64,000 nucleotides of DNA from NCBI RefSeq assembly GCF_009914755.1, contig NC_060937.1. One strand, written 5' to 3'. Below, in pieces: positions 27,590-41,416 of the stretch. Each line of letters begins with the position of its first letter. The first letter of the stretch is position 1. A program made the translations under genes and the position numbers. Below the pieces are notes generated by a model. The model was not told the origin of the DNA, searched no databases, and worked only from the letters and a program-made list of their open reading frames with translations. Origin of the DNA: the human T2T-CHM13v2.0 reference genome, Homo sapiens.

Positions 27590-28060
27590 AGGCGGGGCTG
27601 TAAACTGCAGGGCAATTTGGCAGAAAATATCAAAAGCCATAAAAATGCATGTACCTTTCAATCTAGCAATTGTTAACTCTTGGAATTTATCCTAAGGTAA
27701 TAATTAAGGATGTGCAAAAGAGTATTAATTTCCCTGCTGTTTGTAATTACTAAATCTTGGAAGCAAGCTAACTGCCCCCAAATTGGATAGTGGTTAAATA
27801 AGTTATCACAGAAACATAAAAATCACAAATGATAATTCTGAAAGATGTAGAAATGTGCCCAATATATAATACAAGCTTGTGCATGTCATTCTTAAGTATC
27901 AAAATCAAAATACAGATAAATTATATGAAGCTACCTCATTATTCCAAGAGCAGTTAAAATTATGGTAGCTTTACTTTTCTCTCTGTTTTCTGATGTTTCT
28001 CTAATGAGTCTATAATGAACATGAATAGTTTTGATAAAGAGAACTAAAAGAAAAAAAAGT
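27590..28060 (+). mobile_element. L1ME-type 3' fragment
   Basis: acctttcaatctagcaatt...ttggaatttatcctaagg; degenerate L1 3'UTR. Boundaries approximate. Confidence 0.6.
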
Positions 28061-29689
28061 AAAAGTTTAGAGAAAAAAATGCCAAATAAAAAGTATCTGA
28101 AAGAGGAAGGATTAGGAACAAGTGTGATTGTGAGGCCCTGAAATGTGCAGCCAACATTGGTCATGAAATCTCTGTTCCTTGGGGATTTGTAAGAAAAGGG
28201 TAGCCAAGTCTCATTTGAGGACAGCTTGAATGCAGTCCTGACCTCTGTGGCCTCTTGTAGCTCCATGTGCAAAAAGACTCAGCCAAAATTCAATTTTCAC
28301 TCACTGACACACAAAGTAGTCAATTCCTTACATTTGCCCCCAATCTTCCACAATCCTTTCTCCTGTTCAAGAGACAGCAACCTTAAAGTCTTCTACCCAG
28401 CAACGAAACCCAATGACACTGAATTTATATGCCCAGTAATGTGCCGGCACTTTACTCAGGAAACACTGTCAAATGTTAGTTAATATTCCAAAACATGCAG
28501 CTGACTTCTAGCTAACTGACTTGTCCATGTTAAAGAAAAATTATAACTAATTTCAGCCACTTAAATATCCCAGACTGAGAAAAAGAAAATGTAAAATGAC
28601 ATGCATTGCATATTGACCTGTAAGTTTTATAACTAAAAATCTTATAAATAGTAACCAAAATAACTTCCAGGATATGCGTAAGGACAATTAAAAATACTCA
28701 CTTCTGACAAGTTCCTTTGCTTTAAAAAGGCCTCTAATTTTGTTTTCTAATACCTTCCTATGAATGCAAATGTAACACTTCCCAAATCCATAATTAAATG
28801 CATCTTTGACTTGGGAATCTGTTTTCCTGGCCCATGAGAAAGAGTTCACAGAAGATGGAGAGTCTGAGCATCAGAGGGGTTTAACCAAGAATGATCCATT
28901 AAAATAGGTTTGCACCAGTTACCAAAACTGAGAAAAATGAGTTTGAATCTGTGCAGAGAGGCACAGAAATGCCAAGGTGAAGGAGCCTGCCAAGGCTGGA
29001 ATACACGGTCACTAAACAAATAACGCATGGTGTATTCAACGCCAGAAGAATACAGTGGATGATGTGTAAATGAGAGTCTAAGGGACCCAGCTCCAAGACA
29101 AAGTCAAGATTTTAAAAAAGAAATACCACTCCTGCTGAGACTCTCATCCTTCCGCCAAGGAGGAGTCCATGCCATCACCTTTGTAAGCAAGGCATCTGAT
29201 ATAGATAACCCCATACAACCCTTAAGGTGTATTATTCTTGGTACCAAACATGTGTCATTTTTACAAAACAGTCATCCAGTCATAAGGCAGGTCTGTCTCT
29301 TCATCAATAAGCCTCACTTATACAGCATTCTTAGGAATATTGTGTTCTCACGAGTTTCGTTTTCTGGATGGGTGAGGGGTTCTCTCTTTTAATTGCAAAT
29401 TTAAAAGAGAAAATACTAAGTACTTGGGATGGAAATAATCCTAATATCTTCTACATAGAAGGCAAGGGACATAAGTTAACTTTTTCCTGATGACTCAGAC
29501 TAATAATTATGAGCATCAGTGACGATGAAATGCTGCATACTGAGATAACTTCAGGGCCCACTGAAGTGTATCGAGGCTCAGTGACCTGAAACTGCTGTGC
29601 TTCTTGAGTTCTTGTATCTGCATATTAGAGTCTGTCAGGCTACTACTTCTCAATATGGTCATGTTCTTTTTATAGATGCTCCTTCTGCC

Positions 29690-29830
29690 CTATGGTGAAA
29701 CAGAAAGAACACTGAACTTAGAGTGAAGTCAATTTAGGTTATTATTTCTAGCTGAATGATCCTGGATAAGTCACTTAACATCTTTGGGCCCAAGTCAAAT
29801 GAGGAACTTCAACTATCTCTCAAGGTCCTT
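29690..29830 (+). mobile_element. MIR/MIR3 fragment
   Basis: gaaagaacactgaacttagag...gatcctggataagtcacttaacatctttgggcc. Confidence 0.6.
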
Positions 29831-31189
29831 TTCTTTGCTCAGATGCTTAATTTACATTTGCTGCTTCTCATCTGTTGTAGACTTTGAAATGAGAAAAATA
29901 AGTCAGCTAAATTTGCATAGGAAGTAACATAAAATAGAAATATAAGCACACAACATGCTCTCTTGTAAGTGAAGCATAAATACCTTATGACATCTATTTG
30001 TCTTCTCAGAGGCCTTACTTGTGTAATTTGTAGTCACTGGTGGGGTCTCAGACAGCTATGATTTCTGGATAATTATGATTCTATGCATGATATTTCACTA
30101 TATTTCCATATGCTTCTATTTTACCTAATATTCTCAAGGCAAATCATTATTTGATAATAGCTTTATTTCAAGCCACCGAAGAAGAGAATCTGTGTATCTT
30201 TCGTCGTCATCTATGCTTGTCAGCAAACTGCAAAATGAATACTTTCATCTTGGGACTTTGACTTATTCAATGGTTTCAATGACACTGACCACTTAAGAAA
30301 GTTTTCTAAAAGATGATGCTTTTGAAAACATAAGACACAGTAGAAATGTAAAGAATATTTTTGCAAACTCCACGAGGAAAGATAATTTATTCGTCTTTTA
30401 TTTTCTAGAGTCCCTAACACATGATTTGTCTATTACTATCATCATCAGGAACTTAAAAAACCACATCCAAGTCCACATCTCTTCTCCCTCGACACGTTGA
30501 TCCCTGAAGTCCAAGTCATGCTCACAGCTGTACTTCCAGCTCTGCACAGATCATCCATCTCCAGCTCCCACCTCTCCCCTGAGTTCTGGATCTCTATTCC
30601 CTATCATAACCTCCGTTTGGATTTCCCATAAAGTGTCTAAGAAAGTTTATATTGCCTCCTCATCTCACATCTCTCTCCCTTACCCCATACTTTAAAAAAA
30701 AAAAAAACCTATAGCAATTATTCGAAAATTCTTCTACTATATTGGAGTGGGAGGAATACTAATCCAAGAGCATGCTGGGTGGGTGCTGCATCAGGAGGGA
30801 AGAATATCCAAGAAATATGAATCCATAATTACTGACGGGCCAGAATACAAAAGCTACCTTTTTGGAGGTTCTAAAGCAGCCAATCCTAGGCAATGACTGG
30901 ATAATCAAAGTTTATACTGCCTGAAGTGAAGTGAACATGTGACTATATAAAAGTAGAGAAAGGGGTTATAAAGCCCATGGGGCTGGGTGTTATCTACAAT
31001 CCCCTACCATTTATCCCACATCCAAAAGGACTGCTGGCAAACAGGCCCCAGGTAAGCTTCTAAGTTATTCTCTACTGCCTTCAACAGTGTATACCACTGG
31101 GATTTTTTACACTTCTTTCCTTCTTCACTTTAGGACATGCCTACAATGAGCTTACCTTGGAAAGGATAAACTCCTTCTTTAGTGACAGA

Positions 31190-31415
31190 ACTCCTTAACA
31201 TCCTTCAAGCCCTCATTCAAGTGTGGGTCTGCAAAGATTCCTCTACTTCTGCCATGGTAAAAGAGTCATTTCCTCTTACCATGTTCAGATTTTCCACTAG
31301 ATTAAGAACTCCTCAGGGATGAGCCCTATATAACACTTACCTCTGTCTCCCCAGTCCCTGGGATACTGCTTGGCACCATGCACAACTACAATAAGTATTC
31401 AAGACATACATGGAA
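31190..31415 (+). mobile_element. L2 3'-end fragment
   Basis: ccactagattaagaactcctcaggg...tctgtctccccagtccctgggatactgcttggcac...caataagtattc is a typical L2 terminus. Confidence 0.65.
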
Positions 31416-31799
31416 GAAGTAGTACTTTCACAGCTCTCACTTAACAATAGGCCAAGGCCATTCTCAAAATCTTCTTCATAGGGCTACCATCAAACCTTCC
31501 TCTTAATGCAGTACAGAGAGAGAGAAAATGTTTTATGTTTACCTGTTAGATATATACAAACAAGCCTCTTGACCTACCTATCTTTTGTTCTTAACATAGA
31601 GACCTCCTTATAATTTTAGACTTCATCTAACCAAAACCTGACAAATCCCACAGTGCTTAGTTAGGTTCAACAAATGCTTGTTGTTTCACCTCCTCATGCC
31701 AGTGGTACAAGCAGAGTTATAGGTCCTTAATTTGATATATAGCTGGTGCAATTTTGTATCAAACTAGGTCAATCCATCTTGCACAGTTCATGCTTTATT

Positions 31800-32015
31800 T
31801 CCAGTGTGGCAGAGTGAGAAAACACAGAGGGTAGAATCTGATAAGATGGAGGATTTAAACCATAGCACCAACACTTCCTCCTTGTGTGACCAATTTCTTA
31901 TCTCTAAAAATGGAGATACTATAATCTACTTAAGTTTTTTATTTATTATTAACCTAATGACAAGACACATAGCAAGGCACTTTATAAATCATAAAGCATT
32001 GTACAAGAACTGGTG
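31800..32015 (+). mobile_element. MIR SINE
   Basis: gtgtgaccaatttcttatctctaaaaatggagatactataatctac...ataaagcattgtacaag. Confidence 0.65.
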
Positions 32016-33409
32016 CTGGTTTTTTTTTTTTTAATCACAATATGTCTTAGTGCAATGATGGCATACTCCAGTTCAGATGTACTGTCTTGATTACCTCAGA
32101 TCCGACATAGCTGAGAAAACTGCTCTAAGAGTTCTGACTTCCTGGGATCAGTGTCACAGAGGATCTGAGTGAGCTTCCTCGAGCCATTTTGGGCAGGCTG
32201 AAGAAGCTTGTTAGTATCTATATGCTTCCAGGTTGGCGGGGCCAGCTTCTGCCAGTTCTACCATATGCCAACTGGCGACATACAGGAGCATGCTAGTGCT
32301 ACCAGCTCCACATATACACACCCACTTCCACCCCCAAGAGGTACCAGACTGTCGGACAACTTGGCCGCTAGCCTATGAAAATGTGGAAATGCTGAAGAAA
32401 CATTAGCCAGCAAAGCACATACTGGCAGCTGAATCAAATGTTTAGGTTCTTCAATGTACCCAAATAAATCGTTTGTGTGTTCTAACAAATGTTTTCTTTG
32501 GAAAGCATTTTTCAGTGCAGATGCTTCAAAAGTACCCATTTTTAATGGGTTAAATCAAGGGCTCAAAGCAGCAGAAGGGTGGGGAATGTTTTTAAACAAA
32601 ATTGCATCAGCTGCAAAGAAAAAAAAATGTTAACATTGACTGAGAGAAGGCATCTTTGAAAAACAGAAAAGTTGTCAGTAGTTTTCAAAGTTAAATTTTT
32701 ATGGATTTTTAAGTGTTAAAATATTGTAAGCACCCAAAAATGAGAAAGTTACTCGAACCTGGCAAGGGACAAAAAACTGTGCTAATTTTAAAAATACATA
32801 TTGATAAACATGGTTCCGCCAAAAAAATGCAATCAAACAAGGAGTCAAGAAGTTAGGAATTATAAATTAAACTCTTCTTGCCAGAGACTTTTAATAAGCA
32901 ATTGCAAACACATTTAAGGATTTTTATAATGAGGATAATGGTTTGGGCGACAATCATAATGCAATCCAAAAACATTAACTTCCTTCACAAAATAGACTAC
33001 ATAACCAAACCCCAGACAGAGCTCCTGACATACTGCCAGCCTCTAATGCAGGCACAGTAATACACTGTAAGAGACAGAACAAATGATCCCTGTTCTTAGG
33101 CAACAATGAAATGTATATATAATTTATTTCGGCTATATCACTCTTTTCCAGTTTAAGTCCACCTCCATGACAGTATCTTTTTTAAGACAGGAAAAGGTAC
33201 TAAACCATCAACTATAAAGTTGATACTATGGAGGCCCCTGATTTTAAAAAAGCATGGTGGGTATTTCTCCTGAGGCTCCAAACAAGGAAACTCCATCTTA
33301 ATAGTGACTAGTTTCATCACCATCAAGAGACCTTATGTAAAACTACTGACGTCAATGAAAATACTACATTCACAATGGTGATATGAACTATGAATAAACA
33401 GAGCTAACA

Positions 33410-33535
33410 GGCTCGGCACAATGGCTCCTGACTGTAATACTACCACTTTGGGAGGCTAAGGCAGAAGGATCATTTGTGACCAGAAGTTCAAGACCACCCT
33501 GGGCAACACAGCAAGACCCCATTTCATTTATCAAG
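33410..33535 (+). mobile_element. FLAM_C-like Alu monomer
   Basis: Alu left-arm sequence with TSD agctaacag on both sides. Confidence 0.85.
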
Positions 33536-35189
33536 AAAGCTAACAGATTTTTTTAAGTGAATTGATCAGATGACTCATAAGGTAAGGGCTTTAAATAGTA
33601 TTGTTTTCTACTCACAAATTAACCAGCTGTACAATTACACTCATCAAATCAGACTTTGGGTGCTACCGAATCATTAAGTGTTCATTAAATCAAACCAAAT
33701 GATATGAAATGATGCTCAGGAAAAGAAATGCCAACCTGTAACAAATTCTAAAGACAACCTTAAAATTCTGAAATGCTTTGAGTAAAGGGAGGAAAAAACA
33801 TAATATACACGAGTATGTAAAATCACAGCAACATGTTAAAAGATTTAAACCACAGACGAAGAATTTAAAGGCTAACATTATGAGTTTTGATTCAGCAGAA
33901 TAAAGAAACACTGACAATAACAAGCATCAACACCTGAAACTTTCCCCATTATCCTAATACATTTTCACTGTAAGTGTTCCATTAAAGAACGTCTTTAAAA
34001 CAATCTTCAAAGTTCGACTCCCTATAACTAATTCAATTAATAAAATTATCAATACAATTGAATAATAGTTTATAACAGCGTGGTGGTTCCTCAGGCACAT
34101 ATAGCCCATCTTTAATACATATTATGAATAATTTCCTTATGAGACATCTCAGTAATATTGAGTATAACACCAATTGCATTTAAACATAAATGTCATAAGC
34201 TGGATGTGAAGGTTGATTCTGGGTTTCTTATAAACCACAAATTTCAGTTTATTTTTATCATCTAGTATGCCTCAGATGGAATTCACAGTAATCACAGCTA
34301 CAGTGGAGCAACTTCAAACATAAATGAAACAAATAACCGGCAGATCGATACGAGGTGACAGACTCCTGGCTGAAATCTTGCCCCAGCGTGACCCACTACT
34401 GCCCTTCTGCACTCTAAAGACTTAATGAATCACCAGAAGCACACTCAAGGTTGTGTGTGTTTTGCCCGTGTGAGAGCTGGATTTATATCAGTACCAAAAA
34501 AGGATCATCCCCTGCCATGAGAAAAATACAATAAAGAACACGTTTCTACAAGGTACTGGGCATGATGGTTTCATGCAGCATATGTATCTATCGTATAAAC
34601 ACTTCATCATTTTAAACTGAAACACCAAGAATGACAGAAATCAGAAAGCCTAATGAGGGGATAATTTTAAATGATAAGCAATTTGTAGTAAGTTGTTTCT
34701 ATATTGGCAAAAGGAAATGGTGCAACAGCAATATACAAAAAGCAGAAATGTAAAACCCATTTAGCTTTCTGAATATGTTTTGCCCCAGGAAATGCATAAA
34801 ATAACTTTGTTATTTAACACTGCAGATGCACCTGTGGGCACCAAAGTACTCTTAGTTATTTAAAATAATTACCCTGTGGAGAAATCTTAAGGTCTTTAAT
34901 AAATAAAAATCTGTGCAATAGGGCTCTTACCAATAAAAAGGAAAGCCACAGTGTGAAACAAAATGCCACCAATCTCCCTTAGCGGTAGCTTCCTGCCATT
35001 CTGCTCAAAGGTACAGAAATAGTCTGCATGCCTTTATACTAAGTTCAGTATCTGAGTGGCTCTTTGAAAAGGCATCATTGTCCATACATCACCAAAACAG
35101 ACAGAGAGGGCAAGGACATTTTGACATACTTGCACAGAATCCAGCCCAGCCCTTTTCCAGAATAAGTCCCATTCCACTCTTCACCTTGA

Positions 35190-36300
35190 ATTACAGCAAA
35201 ACGGAAGATATAATAACCAATTCTCAAAGTGTAGCTCCCTAGAGAAAATGGATAGGTCTCAACTATAGTATGAAAAGGCAGAAAGAAAGATTAACCAACA
35301 CAATATCACAGGACATAGAACATCTGCCCAGCAAGACAAGGTAAAACAAAGTCATAGGGAAAACAGGTAAACATAGCACAGGACAAAAAGGAAGTAAAGA
35401 AAGAAGAAATGAAAGAAAGAGAAGGAAGAAAACAAGCATGCAAAGGAGGAAAAAGCACTCACTCCTAACATTTACACAGCTTAAAAGCAGAAGGCTTCAT
35501 GTTACAGGACTTCCAAAAAGTGATTATCAACGAATGGGAGCTCAAAGATGAAATGATAAGACAACAGAAAGATGTCACCAAGCCAATAAAACATACCGGA
35601 GACCAAAAATTTATCAACTCAGTACTCGTAAACACAATAAAAACAGCATGGAAAGGAAGAGACATGACTAAAAATAAAGGAATATGACTAAAAATTGAAT
35701 TAATAATGTAGAAGAAAGGCTTAATTCCAAAGAATACAGAGGAGGAAGACAAATATTCTTTTTTAATGGAGAAAAGATAAGAGGCACAAAGAACAAAGAG
35801 AGCCTGAAAATTGCTGATCCTGAAGAACCCAAAAATTGGATAGAAAAATATTTCAAGTAAAAATAGTATAAACTTTCCCTAACACGAAGAACAGATTGAA
35901 ATAACAGACAGTGTTCCAGGAAAAATTGTTACAGAATGATCCAAAAAAAGTTATATCCTTAAGTCACTGAACTTCAAGACAAAAAAAAAAGAATTCTGCA
36001 GGTGTTCAGGCAGAAAAGAGCAATTCACTTATGTGGGGGAACAAAAAAGTCAAACTGGTCTCACCCTTCCATTAGGAACACTCAATGCCAGAAGACAAAG
36101 GAGCATCGTCTACAGATTTCTAAGTGTAACTCAAGAATTTCACAAGGCCAAATACCTTTTGACTATAAAAGAAAATATATTTAAAGATGCAAGAAGTCAG
36201 GAAATGCAGCATCCACAAGACCTTCATAAAATAAACTCTTTAATAATAAAATCCAGTCAAATGAGTCATTAACAGAGACGCTATGGCAAAAGGATTACTT
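35190..36300 (+). mobile_element. HAL1 / ancient L1 ORF1-region fragment
   Basis: A-rich degenerate ORF1-like sequence (gtgttccaggaaaaattg...ctgaacttcaagac...actcaatgccagaagacaaaggagca) with no ORF2 following. Confidence 0.65.
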
Positions 36301-36825
36301 TGACACTAAAATTCTGAGAAAAAGTGTGATCCGATTACTTTATTAAGTCAATTGGAACTTAGAGTAGAAAAGTAGCTGTTTAATATACTCAAATATAAAA
36401 TTTCTCAGGGAAAGAAGAATTTGTGATATTTTCTTAAAATTATTTGACAATGAAACCTAGTTGACAAATAACTGCAAATGAAAAGTGATGATAAAGAACC
36501 AGGGATTAACATCAAACAGATTTAAATGCAACACTATTATTTGCTGTTTGTTTAGTAGATAAACTCTTTTTAAGAGCACAGTACAGGTTTCTTAATTTTC
36601 CAGAGGATCAGGTAGAAAGTTCTACATTAGCAGTTAGCTCGTAAATTTATTAATCCTCAATAAATCAGTAAAAGGGAATCTTAAAACTCAAGAGCAACTT
36701 TTATTGTAGCTTTATCACTGTACGTTCCTATTTTTAAAAACTATTATTCCATTAGTAAAAGATGTATGTTCATCTAAAAATCTAACTAAATATTGAGTAT
36801 GTAATTCAAAAGTAACTTTTTTTGT

Positions 36826-36991
36826 TGTGCTTCTGCTTTTTTCAGCTCTTTTCTGCCTATAAGGCCAATCTCTGCTCAGCTCGAGAACACTCGTTCTACT
36901 GTATAGAATGAGGTATTGTCCAATTCTATAATTACAAATAAAATCCAGTTAGATCTTTAAACTATATTTGTTGTAATTTTGTTTTGTTACA
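36826..36991 (+). mobile_element. ERV1 LTR 3' fragment (MER34/MER39-like)
   Basis: ctgctcagctc...aataaaatccagttagatctttaaactatatttgttgtaattttgttttgttaca resembles the U5 end of this LTR group. Confidence 0.7.
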
Positions 36992-36994
36992 GGC

Positions 36995-37792
36995 TTAAAA
37001 AGATCTCATTTTCCACACCTGATTTTCTTGGTATAATTTCTTACTTCCTTCTTATGTTCAACCCCGCATACACTCAATAATGAAATCTTCATTTTATCTG
37101 CCTCCTAAACATGCTCCAAATCTACTCATTTTTTTCCATGTCTACAGCCAAGCTTAGGCACAGCTAAAGACACCATCACCATCAGCCCCTTAATTCTCTT
37201 GTCCTACTTTATTTCTCGATCCAGTGCTTTTTATATGCACTCAGAGTTCCTTAAAATGCAAATCTCATCATCTCCATTTCTTTCCGAAAGCTCCTCACAA
37301 ACACACCTTCTTAGGTTATAAGTCTCATTATACTTTGGGCTCCTCCTCCCTTCAACAGGTATATTTCTCTGAGCACTTTACTCTCAAATCCAATCAGTCT
37401 TTCCTCAGTTCTTCAACTGTGCCGTACCTCCTCCTGGCCTATGTTCTTTCTCCACCACTCCTAACCCTCCTTTGGTTTACCTCTAATCATCTGTAGGTCT
37501 GTCTCTTTTAGCTTAAGTTTCCTTTGCACTGAAAAATCTTCACAATAGAACCCCAACCCCAACCAAATTTAGGTTGGGCGATCCCGCTATGTGCAGTCAC
37601 AGAACCACATACTTCCAATCAAAGCTTTCCCACACTGTATGGAGAAGTGCCTTTCTGCCGGTCTGCATTTACTAGTAAACCCCATGCAGGCACACATTAC
37701 ACCCACCGTATTCATGGTTGGAAGCTCAGAAACTGGCATGTGCCTGGCACATAATAAGTCATTAAAAAAAAATGTTGAGGAATTAATGAATG
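36995..37792 (+). mobile_element. L2 LINE 3' fragment
   Basis: Pyrimidine-rich L2 body ending in the L2 terminus gtgcctggcacataataagtcattaaaaaaaaatgttgaggaattaatgaatg. Confidence 0.8.
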
Positions 37793-38708
37793 GGCCATGA
37801 CAGAAAGTGTTTTTGTTTTGGGGTTTTTTTTTTCCCCCACAGCTGGCCCATACATTATAAACCTTATTTTAATCCTCTCTAAAGCAACAAGTATGAAAGT
37901 TGTTCTTCACAGCAACTCTCAATACACTCTTGAAAAATAAATAAGTGAAACAGATACAAAAATGGATTTAGGAGCACGCCCCTCTGGAGCACCTCGAAGT
38001 TGACAAATGATCATTCCAAGGAACCGGTTGCTCAAGATAGAAATTGAAGTTTCATCATCCTCACACTCTCTCTTTCAGATCACCCTCAACAACAATCATC
38101 AGTATCTCTCAGTTCTACCTCAGAAACATGATGAACTTCCCTTTATCTCTATGTCAGGTATTAACACTCCAAGCCAAGCCAACACCATCTCATGCTGCCC
38201 CACAACAGCCTCCCTACTCCAGTTGTTTGCAATTTTCTAATCCATTTTCTATATAGAAGCCCATGTCATCTTTGCAGAACTCTTGATCATGTAACTCTCC
38301 TGCTTATAATTTTTTAACGACTACATTTAGAGTGAAGTGAAATAATATCCTCATCACGCTGAAAGAAACTAAGTAGCTGGAGGATGTATGTTAAAGTCAG
38401 ACTAACAGGCATTTAGGTAAGATGCATTACAAGGAGGATCACTAAGCAATGAGACAGAGTCAATTTTCTAGGAGTAATTTTAAAAATTCTAAATGAGTAC
38501 ACCTACTTAGCATAGTTCAAAACGTTATGAAGTCAAAATTTTTAGAAACACAAGGAGAAAGTGACAGAACCATCATTAGAATCAGAGATTTCAAACAAAT
38601 CTCTGATGGGAGACTGGCCAAGCAAAAATCAGTAAGGTCGCAGAAATTTTAAGAAAAGTAAGTGAAAGCTTTATCTATTAGGCAAATATACAAGGATGTA
38701 TACAATAA

Positions 38709-39013
<305 letters not shown>

Positions 39014-39259
39014 AGATAACATACATTCTTTTCAAACACATACAAAGCATTTACAAAAATTACCCTTGAACTACCCCATATAGCAAAGCCACAAAAAATT
39101 AGTATCAAACAGACTACACGCTATAAATATAACACAATGAAATTAGAACTGGTAATTTAGTATAGTGGTTTAACATAGAACTCTCAGAAAAAGTTATAAT
39201 GAAATATATAAAAATGAATAGGATTGAATGACAATACTTCACAACTCATGGGATTCTAG

Positions 39260-41022
39260 CAAGTTATTTTGTAATATTGACAAATTAATTCTAATGTTTA
39301 TGTGGAGAGAGGCTAAAGACCTAGAATAGTTAATATAATATTGAAGAAGAACAATGTTGAAGAAATGACATTACCTGACTCCAGGAATTACTATAAAGCT
39401 ACAGTAATAATCAGGACAGTCTGGTCTTGGCAAAAGAACAAACAAATAGATTAGTGGAACAGAACGGAGTTCAGAAATAGACCCACATAAATATAGTCAA
39501 CTAATCTTTAACAAAGGTGCGAAGGCAATAAAATGGAGCAAAGATAGTCTTTCCAACAAATGGTGCTGGAACAACTTGACATCCATGTGCAAAAAACTAA
39601 ATCTAGCCACAGAGCTTATACCCTTTTATACAAATTAACTCCAAACAGATCACAGACCTAAAAGTAAAATGTAAAACTCTAAAACCCTAGAAAACAACTT
39701 TAAGAGAAAATCTAGATGATCCTCAGTTCAAAGATGATTTTTTTAGACACAAAACCAAAGACACAATCCATGAAAGACATAACTGATAAGCTGAACTTCA
39801 TTAAAATGAAAAATTTTTGCTATGTGAAAGACACTGTCAAGAGAATGAAAAGATAAGTAACAGACTGGGGAAAAATATTTGCAAAAGACACATCTGTAAA
39901 GACCGTTATCCAAAATATGCAAAGAACGCAAAGTTCAGAAAAAAAAGAGTGTAAAAAAATGTCCCAAAGACCTTAACAGAGACCTCACTGAAAAAGATAT
40001 AAAGATGGCAAATAAGCATATGAAAAAAATATTCCACATTATATGATATCAGGGAAATGCAAATTAAAGCAACAACGATACAACACCACGCTCAGAATAA
40101 CCAAAATCCAGAACACTGACAACTCCAAATGTTGGCGAGCATGTGGAGCAACAAGGACTCTCACTCATTGCTGGTGGGAAAGCAAAATGAAACAGCCACT
40201 TTGGAAGACAGTTTGTTAGACTCCTAGTTAGTAAACTAACTCTTACCTTAGGATCCACCAATCATTTCTTTTTTTATTTTTTAACCTCCCAAAGTCCAGG
40301 TTCCAGGCTTAAGGATCTAGTAATCTTACTCTTTGGTATTTAGCCAAATGAGTTGAAAACTTATATATATCTACACAAAAATATGCATACCGATGTTAAT
40401 AGCAGTGTTACTTACAGTTGCCAAAAGTAGGGACCAACCAAGGTATCCTTCAGTAGGTGAACAGATAAACTGAGACATCCAGACCATGAAATATTCAGTA
40501 CTAAAAGGAAATGTGTGCTATCAGTCATGAAAAGACATGAAGGAAACTTACATACATATTGCTAAGTGAAAGAAGCAAATCTGAAAAGGCTACACACTAT
40601 TATAATTCCAACTATGCAATATCCTTGAAAAGTAAAACTATGAAGACAATAAAACAATCAGTGGTTGCCAAGGGTTGGGGAGACAGAGGGATGAACAGGA
40701 AGAGCACTGAGGATTTTCATGGCAGTGAAACTGCTTTGTATGAAACTATATCAGAGGATATGTACCATTGTACATTTGTTAAAACCCGTAGAATATACAA
40801 CACTCAGAGGAAACACTAATATAAACCAGGAACTTTGGGTGATAATGATACCTCAAGGTAGGTTACTCACTCAACTGTAATAAACGTATCATCCTGGTGG
40901 GGTATGTTGATAATGGGAGAGGCTACATGTGTGTCGGAGCAGAGGCAATTATGGGAAATTTCTACTTACTCTGCTCAACTTTGCTATGAACCTAAAATTT
41001 CTTTTAAAAACAGTCTGCTTTT

Positions 41023-41023
<1 letters not shown>
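39260..41023 (+). mobile_element. 5'-truncated L1MC-type LINE (ORF2 3' part and 3'UTR)
   Basis: tactataaagctacagtaat...tagtctttccaacaaatggtgctggaacaac...gggaaatgcaaattaaagcaac; the 3'UTR is similar to the copy at 23368-24340. Confidence 0.92.

Positions 41024-41074
<51 letters not shown>
41024..41074. repeat. (CA)n microsatellite at the L1 tail
   Basis: About 25 uninterrupted CA units. Confidence 0.97.
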
Positions 41075-41077
<3 letters not shown>

Positions 41078-41416
41078 TCATGGAATACAGCTAATGCTGT
41101 CTGGAGAGAAATTTTTTAATTAAAGATTAATTTTCTCAGCAACTAAATTTAGAAGACAAAGAATATGAGAATAAACTCAGAAATTTTAAGAAAAAGACAA
41201 AGCTAACAAAATAGAGAAGAAAGATACAATGGAAATAAACAAAAGGAAATGCTTTGGAAAGACTATGAAATTGTCAAATCCTTGGTAATATTTACCAAAT
41301 GAAAAAATAATGTAAAAGCAATCAATCATTATGAAATAAACTAAATAAAGCACAAGGGGAGACATAAGTACAGATACAGCGAGGTTAAACATATAATAGA
41401 CTACTGTGAACATTTT

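Noticed and set aside
32050-32120. C/D snoRNA-like layout (gtgcaATGATGg...CTGA) on the + strand
   Set aside because: Imperfect C box, no terminal stem, no recognisable rRNA guide, and antisense to the host gene, so it could not be processed from the KLF12 intron.
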